This document shows, piece by piece, positions 17,001-24,274 of a stretch of DNA of 64,000 nucleotides. Under the pieces are notes generated by a model. That model did no database searches, was not told the origin of the DNA, and saw nothing but the letters and a program-made list of their open reading frames with translations. Position numbers and translations under genes: made by a program. The first letter of the stretch is position 1; every line of letters starts with the position of its first letter. The stretch is from an uncultured Anaerolinea sp. (GTDB lineage Bacteria > Chloroflexota > Anaerolineae > Anaerolineales > Villigracilaceae). The stretch is from assembly GCA_964422545.1 (NCBI GenBank), contig CAYRBO010000016.1:15794-79793 (forward strand), in the 5' to 3' direction.

Positions 17001-18610
17001 TTGTTGCGCTCGATGGAACCTGCATCCAGCGACCAGCCCATGCCTACCCACGAAGCCTGGGTTTTGGCAATTGATTGGTCAACCACCTGGCTGTTGTAAT
17101 TGAGCAATAAACTCGGCTGCAAGCCGCCCGGTCCAGGTGGTACTTCGATGGGGTAGGAGTAGGTGGCCGCACCGGTAAAATTAGACACCTGGAAGGCATC
17201 AATGGTCGGCAGGTGATTGGCCTGCCAGTTGTTGACGCCAATATCGAAGACGGTGAAGTGATTCGAGTACCCGCGCACGACCTTGTTTTCTTTATCCACC
17301 ACCGTTGTCAGCGCATGCCAGGTATCTAACGCAGGGTCATACCAGTGCAGATATAAATCTCCTTCCAGGAGCGGGGGTATCTCGTAATCGGCGTAAGAAA
17401 CTTCGATTTCCACATCATCCTGGAACGTATCCACGCCGCGCTTGCTTTGCGCCCCGCGCGCCGTGATTTCGAAGGGACGCCCGCTCATAGAATGAGATGG
17501 CATCGATTCACGCAGGGGTTTGTGGATGAAAACTTCGACGGATTCAGAGAGTGCGCCTTCAGGGAATTCGACCCGGACCTTGTTTTTCAGCCCGGCTGCC
17601 TGCCCGCCCGCTTGATTGACGCTTACTTTCTCGAACAGGGCCAGGGAACCTTGCCAAGCCCCGCTTTCCTGCTCGCTAGTGGATGGGCTTTTTCCTGCAT
17701 TGTTCACCAGGCGGGCGTCGATGTACAGCGGCAGTTCCGCCTCATCGGAAATTTCCATCTTGAAATCGCCCTTGAGGGCAAAGGGAACTTGCAGCGTATT
17801 GTTTTCTGGGTTGTACGTACCGTTTTTGTCCGCTTGTTTGATAAAAATGCCCCGAGACAGGGAAAACTCGATTGCGTCATAGCCAGTTACACCCTCTACA
17901 ACTTTCCATCGAATAGTCGCCTGCCCGCCCGGCGTGATGAACCCCGGGTTCGATTCCAGCCAAATTTGCTGCCCCACCGGGACGGGCGTTACATCATCTT
18001 CCTTCGGGGATAGAGTGGAAGTCGGCTCAGGCTGCGGCGTTTCGGTCGGCAGCGCTTCATCCGTTGGAAAGGGAGTCGCGCTTTCGGCTGGCTCTGTTCC
18101 CGTGACCGATGTGCCGTCACCCGGTTCGCTGGTAGGCGTCGGCGTCGAAGTTTTATCGTCTTCTTGTTGCAAAAAACCGGGAGCCGCGGCAACCATTCCT
18201 GGTAATACTGCTCCCGATTGGGCAGCCGATGTTTGTTTTGCAAAAACTGTCGCAGGGGGAACAATTTGCTGGAACAGCAAAATAAACAACATGCCGCAAT
18301 TGATGAGCAGTTTAATGATAGCCTCCTGGTAACAGCAATGGTTTAGGAGCGACAATATTGAGTTAATTATCGTCAAAAAATACACATTTGGCAACGAAAT
18401 ATGGGACAGGTTGGTTGGGAAATATTTCCCAAATGTTCGTTTCTGTAAATAGCCTCTCTGCCAGCCCAGGTCTTCTCCAAAATCCAGTTTGCGTTTCCAG
18501 TCGGTTGTCAGGTAAATCCTTACAGGTGGAGCGTTTCGAGCAAAACACAATGCCGCAACGCAAATATTCCTGGGGATGGATTTTGACGCCACTCTTGCGA
18601 ACACATCCAA
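11015..18610 (-). CDS. rhs: Full-length Rhs-repeat polymorphic toxin (signal peptide, Thr/Pro linker, SpvB/Tc-like region, YD-repeat shell, RHS core with inserted DNRLRE-like domain, glycine-zipper C-terminal tip)
   Basis: 2531-aa ORF. A more plausible start is ATG at 18292 (MLFILLFQQIVPPATVFA, signal-like). Dozens of YD repeats (YxYDxxGR/NL). Core TKYYFAG...DHLGSTS...RYTAWGEVRYTWGSTPTDYTYTGQYSNVPEFGLYYYNARWYDGSLGRFAQADTIIP...PVRYNDPSGHC. Then ~260 aa rich in G/A/S/T/I/V with GxxxG-type spacing. Confidence 0.85.
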   Translation of the reverse strand: MDVFARVASKSIPRNICVAALCFARNAPPVRIYLTTDWKRKLDFGEDLGWQRGYLQKRTFGKYFPTNLSHISLPNVYFLTIINSILSLLNHCCYQEAIIKLLINCGMLFILLFQQIVPPATVFAKQTSAAQSGAVLPGMVAAAPGFLQQEDDKTSTPTPTSEPGDGTSVTGTEPAESATPFPTDEALPTETPQPEPTSTLSPKEDDVTPVPVGQQIWLESNPGFITPGGQATIRWKVVEGVTGYDAIEFSLSRGIFIKQADKNGTYNPENNTLQVPFALKGDFKMEISDEAELPLYIDARLVNNAGKSPSTSEQESGAWQGSLALFEKVSVNQAGGQAAGLKNKVRVEFPEGALSESVEVFIHKPLRESMPSHSMSGRPFEITARGAQSKRGVDTFQDDVEIEVSYADYEIPPLLEGDLYLHWYDPALDTWHALTTVVDKENKVVRGYSNHFTVFDIGVNNWQANHLPTIDAFQVSNFTGAATYSYPIEVPPGPGGLQPSLLLNYNSQVVDQSIAKTQASWVGMGWSLDAGSIERNNNGTSHFTGDDTFMLNVSGVSSTIVWSNADSRYHLTDENFWKIQNNGDTSWTVWDKIGNVYYFEKMVSMQYNLDGGSDEICGKYDLPYKWMLTRVQNAHGKSLVYSYIDETKEFQTWVWKKNSKGVYVCSAHGPFVPSVTATYLNTIVYPHNRYRIRFVREARSDYPVEWITDAPFREFQRSRLISIIVEQDADGDGVFETIIRKYQLEYETNPANLIWPGVSWTAGGKTTTLKKITEYGLGGTTALPAHTFTYGDNMHLTRAENGYGGAVQFNYGMWHYAANSPGSRSHYQYFGPTRRECNLFGWTRESGQLYCQENTLGADLMIISGVAREANLPGLGLFRPGGAYKLMVHGSVDAGTSLSLGLFNGTQTNYAANESVQVLPANASKADPKINVTGAGYGRFYYFEFRLLTSIYRVTSKTIDDGQGNAHTYTYSYSGATVNTDSTAEMVTFPNGNTLLNICPDYDPYNPPASPCPAYVEKYSEFRGHATVTETNPAGLKTITQYHQGDSLKGRPISVTIQDSGGKTYSQTLYTYSVNPLDMSYPSVDGCHVGDCFYKGLSRNWIYLSIEENRVYANDNSYQATKTTSSYESTYGNLVETLRQEKSGSAWQTKIRETTAYAPPNLNGLYLVGLPKNTHLYDSGGGLLGATQYLYDNLEVGVQPAQGKLTAVRTLLEFAQPANRYHQVSYGYDAWGNRTSETTWSGYGAWNANPTVGARATTTVFDPIYRTYPTSTTNPLNQTATWTYDYALGVPLSETDPNGAITSAQYDVFGRLVKLIRPEDDSANPTLAISYSNGAPFTTTIRQRIDDNRYYGVRRRYDGLGRQFKQETGSSTGVDGAFNVFNTVDTLYDTFTKIRQSAPYGPGESPAYTTSETVYQGGVKSSTITTPDGAQTTTVVDGLVTRLTDPAGRVTTSIADVWGRTTSITPPAGPGVAYTYDPLDRLLTAARGGVITTLSYDAGGRKITMSDPDMGRWTYAYDALGNLTSQTDARGCSLTLSYDLLNRLTSKASSGAGCGTQVNTSYTYDLGTNGKGRRTGMSDASGSSAWTYDWRGRMLTETKIISGQSFTTGWTYNSADLPVTMTYPDGEVVTNTYAPQMLLETVSGSSPYVTSTSYDSAGRMNIRAYGSGTQTDYDYFAWNQQGGRLRFIKSGTSAAPTSLQSLEYAYDAVGNIDWIRDWAAGAPQLQDFTYDALDRLTAAQATGGTSGLYNESYQYDPLTGNLAAKAGVTYTYDPNHPHAVASLSNGNTYTYDPNGNQVSRTINGQTMTLAYDAEGRLVSVTGSGMNAHFTYDGDGRRVKSVINGETTLFIGGHLEVKQGTPTPTATFTASPTATSTASPTPSPTPSATPTRTPTVTPTATVPSTFTPTPTPSPTPGGSVYTLTLQPNSANGLDAYILSADNNNYGGAGGMGIGERNDYANNFARSLLKFDLSALPANAEILSVTLSLWTDGDLASNDSTISAYRLKVPFSESQATWNNAASGAPWQSPGAAGANDRESAAIGSMQVAHNEPLGVEKQMALDPARVQEWVSGAVPNHGLLLKTEAELNDRFNFKTSDNGTTSQRPKLVITYRMPSTGFEPSQPASGGAKLAALAKPAGRMAGLSKSRPAAQAQAYTYGGTTWTKYYFAGTQRIASRTCSDTTCTDPVYYLTDHLGSTSITTNASGAKIAEMRYTAWGEVRYTWGSTPTDYTYTGQYSNVPEFGLYYYNARWYDGSLGRFAQADTIIPVDSQGVQAWDRYAGMNNNPVRYNDPSGHCVVLCTALIGALAGGVIAGVTYAITNQGNSFNGKELAVAIGVGVVAGALVGSGIGIVAAAASTSTAAAAAGATLAATNATMSAAATTASTYIGVGVATGLAAESYMFQNPGEFESAPYVGNAAIAGLTAAASSGQPLGKKMLAEGIGGAASYLAATSPDEFSLPDLGIAFAGGAFGGALDSGASTLAGEFLSPNKTIINQIQWTRWSAVQGTFTGVTTSFATQWGQSQAKKHKQELR

Positions 18611-18947
18611 AACTGGCGTTGGTACAACCAGCGCTCTGGGCTGCTTCTCCCGAGGAGGCAGTCCCTATGGCGTGATGGAGTTAAATGGCAATGTTTGGGA
18701 ATGGCTGTTGAGCCAATTTGACAAATATCCATATCCTGAGTTACACAAAGAAATCCGCGAACGCGAAAATTATGAGAGCACCAAAACTCGTGCCCTTCGC
18801 TTGAAGCGCAGCGGAAAGGGCGCTGCTTCTCTCTCAACCATCAAGCGCCTAATCTCTCCTGAAGAGCATCGGGACGATGTACTTCTCTGGACTCTCCCCA
18901 AAAAGCATGGGTACGATGTGGTTTGCGCCAGGCGCGCTAATCTGTAA
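18576..18947 (+). pseudogene. Remnant of an FGE-sulfatase (formylglycine-generating enzyme / SUMF1-like) domain, C-terminal fragment only
   Basis: Contains GNVWEWLLSQF (the GNVWEW hallmark) and a degraded ...HGYDVVCARR C-terminal block. No N-terminal two-thirds of the domain upstream. Confidence 0.35.
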
Positions 18948-19252
18948 GAAAACAACCGCCGCGCCTGTCCTGACGGTTTTGGTCAGGGCGAAGCACGGCT
19001 GCTTTAAGATTTTACGCAAAAGGTGACAGCCACCTGGTAACCAAACTGGTCAACCAGAAAGAATATCCTCCATACGAATCGCTTGCGCCAATTTGCGCCG
19101 ATTTTGGCTCCAACCTGCTGCGCCACTCCATGTTACCCCCACGATGTATGAAAAATGGCGGCCTATCAGCCGCCTCATTTGGCGCCCCAGCCAGGACGAG
19201 CACCCCGCAAGGGGTGTTTGCAACCCGGACACGAGCGGGTTAATAAAAAGAG

Positions 19253-19325
19253 CGCCCCAGGCAGGATTCGAACCCACAACCTACTGATCCGAAGTCAGGC
19301 GCTCTGTCCGTTGAGCTACTGGGGC
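19253..19325 (-). tRNA. tRNA-Arg (anticodon read as UCG; anticodon call uncertain)
   Basis: Minus-strand sequence GCCCCAGUAGCUCAACGGACAGAGCGCCUGACUUCGGAUCAGUAGGUUGUGGGUUCGAAUCCUGCCUGGGGCG folds as a cloverleaf. 7-bp acceptor stem, D-stem GCUC/GAGC, GUUCGAAUC T-loop, loop CUUCGGA. Confidence 0.65.
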
Positions 19326-19440
19326 GTGCGGAGTATTATACCGCTAATCTGACACTTATCACCCTTTTTTTTGATACGTGCTATGACTTTCCTCTGACGG
19401 GTATCACTGGCATCTATCCCCGGTCAGATATATACTTATC

Positions 19441-21030
19441 GTGACCAATTTCACAAAAGAGACAAAAGGATTCCCCATGCCTGAAGAAGACCCCAGAATT
19501 TTGGAACTGCGCCAGATGCGCGCCAAGGCGCGCGAAGGCGGCGGCGCGGACCGGATTGCCAAACAACACGCCAAAGGCAAACTGACCGCCCGCGAGCGCG
19601 TTGAAGCCCTGCTCGACCCCGGCACATTCAACGAGTTGGAGCCGTTCATCACCGGCCATGCCGACGATATGAGCATGGCACACGAGAAATTCCTCGGCGA
19701 TGGCGTCATTACCGGCTACGGCCTGATTAATGGGCGCACGGTGTACGTTTACGCCCAGGATTTCACTATTTTCGGCGGCACGCTCTCTGAAATGCAGAGC
19801 CACAAAATCTGCCGCGTGATGGATTTGGCTCTGCGTAACGGCACGCCCTGCATCGGCCTGCTCGATTCGGGCGGGGCGCGCATCCAAGAAGGCGTCAAGG
19901 CCTTGGGCGGCTATGCCGAGATTTTCCGGCGCAATGCCCAGTTTTCGGGCGTCATCCCGCAGGTCTCGGTCATGCTGGGACCATGCGCGGGCGGGGCAGC
20001 CTACTCCCCGGCACTTACCGACCTGATTGTGATGGTCGAAAAGCAGTCGTTCATGTTTCTGACCGGGCCAGATGTCATCAAAGCCGTCACCGGCGAAATC
20101 ATCGACTCCGAATCGCTGGGCGGCAGCGACATCCACATGTCGGTCAGCGGCGTGGCGCATGTCGCCGTAAAGAGCGAGCAAGAAGCGCTGGAGACGGTGC
20201 GAAAATTCCTTTCGTACCTGCCCTCCAACAACATTGAAAACCCGCCTTACGTCCAACCGACGGACGACCCGGCCCGCATGGACGAACACCTCAACAGCAT
20301 CGTCCCGATTGACCCGACCGAACCTTACGTCATGCACCAGGTTATCGAATCGGTCGTGGACCGCGGCACATTCTTTGAAATCCAGCCCAACTGGGCGCGC
20401 AATGCCATCGTTGGGCTGGCGCGCATCGGCGGGCATAGCGTCGGCATTGTGGCCCAGGAGCCTGCCGTTATGGCGGGCGTCATCGACATAGACGCCAGCG
20501 ACAAGATGACCCGCTTCGTGATGATGTGTGACTGCTTTAACATCCCGCTCGTGACCTTCGTCGATTCGCCCGGTTTTCTGCCCGGCATTGCCCAGGAACA
20601 CGGCGGCATTATTCGGCATGGCGCCAAGCTGCTCTATGCCTACTCCAACGCCACCGTCCCCAAAGTGACCATCATCACCCGCAAGGCCTACGGCGGCGCG
20701 TATGTCGTCATGTCGAGCAAGTACCTCGGCACCGATGTCACTTACGCCTGGCCGAGCGCCGAAATTGCCGTGTTGGGCGCGGAGGGAGCGGTCAACATCC
20801 TGTTCAAGAAGCAAATCGAAACCGCTGCCGACCCGGCTGCCGAGCGCAAACGCCTTGCCGACGATTATCGCGCCCGCTTCAACAATCCCTATCACGCCGC
20901 CAGCACTGGCTATGTCGATGACATCATCGAGCCGAAGGAATCCCGCCCCAAGATTATCGCCGCCCTGGCCGCCCTGCGCGACAAATACGCCCCTGCCCCG
21001 CCCCGCAAGCATGGCAATATTCCGGTGTAG
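19441..21030 (+). CDS. mmdA: Methylmalonyl-CoA decarboxylase alpha subunit / acyl-CoA carboxyltransferase (PccB family)
   Basis: Carboxyltransferase family motifs throughout (..GGARIQEGV..., ...ITRKAYGGAYVVM...). An alternative start MPEEDP at 19477 has a better RBS. Confidence 0.85.
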   Translation: MTNFTKETKGFPMPEEDPRILELRQMRAKAREGGGADRIAKQHAKGKLTARERVEALLDPGTFNELEPFITGHADDMSMAHEKFLGDGVITGYGLINGRTVYVYAQDFTIFGGTLSEMQSHKICRVMDLALRNGTPCIGLLDSGGARIQEGVKALGGYAEIFRRNAQFSGVIPQVSVMLGPCAGGAAYSPALTDLIVMVEKQSFMFLTGPDVIKAVTGEIIDSESLGGSDIHMSVSGVAHVAVKSEQEALETVRKFLSYLPSNNIENPPYVQPTDDPARMDEHLNSIVPIDPTEPYVMHQVIESVVDRGTFFEIQPNWARNAIVGLARIGGHSVGIVAQEPAVMAGVIDIDASDKMTRFVMMCDCFNIPLVTFVDSPGFLPGIAQEHGGIIRHGAKLLYAYSNATVPKVTIITRKAYGGAYVVMSSKYLGTDVTYAWPSAEIAVLGAEGAVNILFKKQIETAADPAAERKRLADDYRARFNNPYHAASTGYVDDIIEPKESRPKIIAALAALRDKYAPAPPRKHGNIPV

Positions 21031-21032
21031 CT

Positions 21033-21356
21033 ATGGTTGAAAACCTGCTCAATTCTCTCATTATCACCGCCATTGGGATGGGAATCACCTTCTCGGCGAT
21101 TGTCCTGCTGTGGTGGATGATGGCCGGGCTGACAGCGATTCCCGACAACCAGGCAGACGCAGGCGAGCCGCAGCCTGCTCCCGCTATAGAGAGCGACCTC
21201 AAAGCCCGGGCCGCCGCCGCGGCTGTGGCGCTGGCCCTGACCGAACAAGAGATTTCCTCCGCCCGGCCGCTGCCCACCCCGCCCACCGCGCTGGTCAGCG
21301 CCTGGCAGTTAGGCACCCGCTCACGGCAAATGTACGAGAAAGGCAAACGCAGATGA
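21033..21356 (+). CDS. Decarboxylase small membrane subunit (OadG/MmdD-like)
   Basis: N-terminal TM helix NSLIITAIGMGITFSAIVLLWW followed by an Ala/Pro-rich tail. Position between the alpha and biotin-carrier subunits. Confidence 0.6.
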   Translation: MVENLLNSLIITAIGMGITFSAIVLLWWMMAGLTAIPDNQADAGEPQPAPAIESDLKARAAAAAVALALTEQEISSARPLPTPPTALVSAWQLGTRSRQMYEKGKRR

Positions 21357-21781
21357 AATATAACGTGACAGTAGGCGAGAAAACCTACGAAGTCGAAATT
21401 GAAGACCTCAACAAGCGCCCGGTCATCGCGCGGGTCGATGGCGAAGTGTTCCAGGTGCTGGTGGATCGCCGCGAGACGCCCCCGGCTGCCCAGGCTGCGG
21501 CGACTGTCGATTTAACGGCCAAAAAGGCTGTAGTGGCGTCCATTCCTTCCAGCGTGGCAAGCGCCTCGAATGCGCTGGTCTCGCCGCTGCCCGGAACCGT
21601 CGTCGAAATCTTCGTCAAACCCGGCGAAGAAGTCGAATCGGGACAGGTAGTGCTGATTGTCGAGGCCATGAAGATGAAAAACAGCATCCGCTCGGTGCGG
21701 GGTGGCGTGGTCAAGAGCGTTTTGGTCAACCCCGGGCAGACGGTGGCGCATAAACAAACACTCTTGGAGTTCGAATCATGA
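21353..21781 (+). CDS. mmdC: Biotin carboxyl carrier protein subunit
   Basis: Biotinyl-lysine motif EAMKMKN near the C-terminus, Ala/Pro linker. ATG at 21353 overlaps the upstream stop (ATGA). Confidence 0.8.
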   Translation: MKYNVTVGEKTYEVEIEDLNKRPVIARVDGEVFQVLVDRRETPPAAQAAATVDLTAKKAVVASIPSSVASASNALVSPLPGTVVEIFVKPGEEVESGQVVLIVEAMKMKNSIRSVRGGVVKSVLVNPGQTVAHKQTLLEFES

Positions 21782-22926
21782 ACATCGGCGAATTGCTGCT
21801 GAGCGTTTTTGGCGGGCTGCAATTTACCTGGGCCAACGCCATTATGCTGGCGATTGGCACGGGCCTGATTGCGCTGGCAGTGGTCAAAGAATATGAGCCG
21901 GTGTTGCTGCTGCCGATTGGCTTTGGCTGCATTTTGGCGAACCTGGGCATGTCGGTCTACAACGAGGAGAGTTTCCTGAAGGTGCTGTATGACGCGGGCA
22001 TCCAAACCGAGTTGTTCCCTCTGCTGATTTTTATCGGCGTGGGCGCGATGATTGACTTTCGCCCGTTGCTGGCCCAGCCCAAGATGGTGCTGCTTGGCGC
22101 GGCGGGACAGTTCGGCATCTTTGGCGCGCTCATCCTGGCGACCCTGCTCGGCTTCCCGCTCAACGAAGCCGCTTCCATTGGCGTCATCGGCGCCATCGAC
22201 GGCCCAACTGCGATTTTCGTCACATCGAAACTCGCCCCCGAATTGCTCGGCCCGATTGCGGTGGCGGCTTATTCTTACATGAGCCTGGTTCCTATCATCC
22301 AGCCGCCCATTATGAAACTGATGACCACCCGCAAGGAACGCCTGATTCGGATGGAGTACGCGCCCCGGCCCGTTTCCAACCGCACGGTGGTGGCCTTCCC
22401 AATTGTGGTGACGATTGCCATCAGCCTGCTGGCCCCGGCGGCAGCCCCGCTGATTGCGGCCCTGATGCTCGGCAACCTGCTCAAAGAATCGGGCGTGGTA
22501 GAGCGTCTGAACAAGGCCGCGCAGAACGAGATTATCAACATCACCACCCTGTTCCTCGGCCTGGCGATTGGCGCGACCATGACCGCTGAGAAGTTCTTGT
22601 ACGACCCTGCGACCGGTTTCCAATTCCGCACGCTCGGCATCATGGTGTTGGGCCTGCTGGCCTTTATCCTCGATACGGTGGCCGGGCTAACCTTCGGCAA
22701 AATCATGTCCTTCTTTAGCGGCGGCAAAATCAACCCGCTGATTGGGGCCTGCGGCATCAGCGCCTTCCCGATGGCCGGCCGCCTTTCGGCGCGCGCCGCG
22801 CTCGATGAAGACCCCGATAACTTTATCCTGATGCACGCCATGGGCTCAAACACCGCCGGTCAACTCGGCTCGGTGATTGCGGGCGGGGTGTTGCTGGCGA
22901 TTGTGAGCAAAATGCTGGGGATGTGA
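21778..22926 (+). CDS. mmdB: Na+-translocating decarboxylase beta subunit (OadB/MmdB family)
   Basis: Polytopic membrane protein with the typical OadB N-terminus MNIGELLLSVFGG...; start overlaps the upstream stop (ATGA). Confidence 0.85.
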   Translation: MNIGELLLSVFGGLQFTWANAIMLAIGTGLIALAVVKEYEPVLLLPIGFGCILANLGMSVYNEESFLKVLYDAGIQTELFPLLIFIGVGAMIDFRPLLAQPKMVLLGAAGQFGIFGALILATLLGFPLNEAASIGVIGAIDGPTAIFVTSKLAPELLGPIAVAAYSYMSLVPIIQPPIMKLMTTRKERLIRMEYAPRPVSNRTVVAFPIVVTIAISLLAPAAAPLIAALMLGNLLKESGVVERLNKAAQNEIINITTLFLGLAIGATMTAEKFLYDPATGFQFRTLGIMVLGLLAFILDTVAGLTFGKIMSFFSGGKINPLIGACGISAFPMAGRLSARAALDEDPDNFILMHAMGSNTAGQLGSVIAGGVLLAIVSKMLGM

Positions 22927-22969
22927 GGCGGAGTTCGGACTTTTTCCCGAACGGGTAGCACGAGAACGA

Positions 22970-23425
22970 CTACGATTGATTGGTGATTGGTGGCAGTTTT
23001 TTGACGAAATGCACCAGCCGCTCGGCTTCCTCGTATCCCAGCCGTTTGTGCGCGGCGATGCTAGTTTCATTCTCAACCCAGGTATCTGAGGCCATCTCCG
23101 TCAAGCCACGCTCACGCGCCCAGACTTCCATCGCCCGCACCAACGCGCCACCCACGCCTTGGCGGCGCAGGTCTTCGTCCACATACCAGCCTTCGATGTA
23201 GCCGACCGGCCCCGTTTCGCAGCCATCGGCATATTTACGAATGCCGCCCTCCAAGAAACCGCCGGGCCGTCCATCGGGACGAACGGCGATGAAAACCGGC
23301 GTATCGGGGGCGGCCAGCAAATCGCGCATTTCGGCTTCGTGTTCTGCAGGAGTGGCATCGGGCCATAGCGCGAGGCGCATACGCAGCCACTCACTCCAAT
23401 CCGATTGTTCCAGTCGTCGAATCAT
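22970..23425 (-). CDS. GNAT N-acetyltransferase, AAC(6')-I-like (aminoglycoside 6'-N-acetyltransferase family)
   Basis: Recalled similarity to AAC(6')-Iy/Iz: ...RLALWPD..., FLEG..V....RRQGVGGALV, EMASDT..EN..S...H..LG.EE.ER...F.K. Confidence 0.6.
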   Translation of the reverse strand: MIRRLEQSDWSEWLRMRLALWPDATPAEHEAEMRDLLAAPDTPVFIAVRPDGRPGGFLEGGIRKYADGCETGPVGYIEGWYVDEDLRRQGVGGALVRAMEVWARERGLTEMASDTWVENETSIAAHKRLGYEEAERLVHFVKKLPPITNQS

Positions 23426-23428
23426 CGG

Positions 23429-24274
23429 TTATTTCCTTCTCATCATGAATTTTCGCGCAAAATCCCGGGCAGATTCGACGGGATTTTCGCTTTCGCCAAT
23501 CTCGCGTACGCAGGCCGAGCCGACGATGACGCCATCGGCGAGTTGGCCTACGGCGGCGGCCTGCTCGGGATCACCAATGCCAAAGCCGACGCAGACGGGG
23601 ATATCGGTATGCTGGCGCACCCGCTCAATCAGTTTGCCGAGGCCACTGGTGATGTCTTTGCGCGCCCCGGTGACGCCGGTGACACTGACGAGGTAGATGA
23701 ACCCCTGGGCCTTGCGGGCGACGATTTCCATGCGTTCGTCGGGGGTGGTGGGGGCGAGCATGGTGATGAGGGGTAATGGCCCGTCTGGTAGGGGCGTTGC
23801 ATGCAATGCCCCTACAAATTCATCCGCTTCTTCGGGCGGCAGGTCGGGGATGATGAAACCATCGGCCCCGGCTTCGGCGGCATCGCGGATGAAACGCTCC
23901 AGCCCGTAGGCTAACATCGGGTTGTAGTAACCCATCAGAATCAGAGGAATCTCCACGCCGCGGCGGCGCAGTTCGGCGACGGCAGCGAGTACGTCTTTTG
24001 TTGTGACGCCTTTTTCGAGGGCGGTTTGGGTGGCTTTCTGAATGACGGGGCCATCGGCCAGCGGGTCGGAGAAAGACAGGCCAACTTCGATCAGGTCGGC
24101 GCCGTTTTTGGCCAGGGCTTCGAGAACATCAATCGAGGTGGGGATGTCTGGATAGCCGACGGGGTAGTAAGGCATGAAGATGGGTGTGCTGCGGAAGGCG
24201 GTTTGGATGCGGTTCATAGCTGCTCCAATTGGTGATTGTTGGATTGGGTGATTTGGTGATTGAAAATCGCTCAA
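23429..24274 (-). CDS. trpA: Tryptophan synthase alpha chain
   Basis: Full-length TrpA-like sequence (..YPDIPTS..., GFGI). Last gene of the trp operon. Confidence 0.9.
   Translation of the reverse strand: MSDFQSPNHPIQQSPIGAAMNRIQTAFRSTPIFMPYYPVGYPDIPTSIDVLEALAKNGADLIEVGLSFSDPLADGPVIQKATQTALEKGVTTKDVLAAVAELRRRGVEIPLILMGYYNPMLAYGLERFIRDAAEAGADGFIIPDLPPEEADEFVGALHATPLPDGPLPLITMLAPTTPDERMEIVARKAQGFIYLVSVTGVTGARKDITSGLGKLIERVRQHTDIPVCVGFGIGDPEQAAAVGQLADGVIVGSACVREIGESENPVESARDFARKFMMRRK

Noticed and set aside
19414-21012. 532-aa minus-strand ORF overlapping mmdA
   Set aside because: Antisense shadow of the well-supported carboxyltransferase gene. Composition-driven.
21385-22623. 412-aa minus-strand ORF overlapping the OadB-like gene
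   Set aside because: Antisense shadow. Arg/Gln/His-rich nonsense translation.
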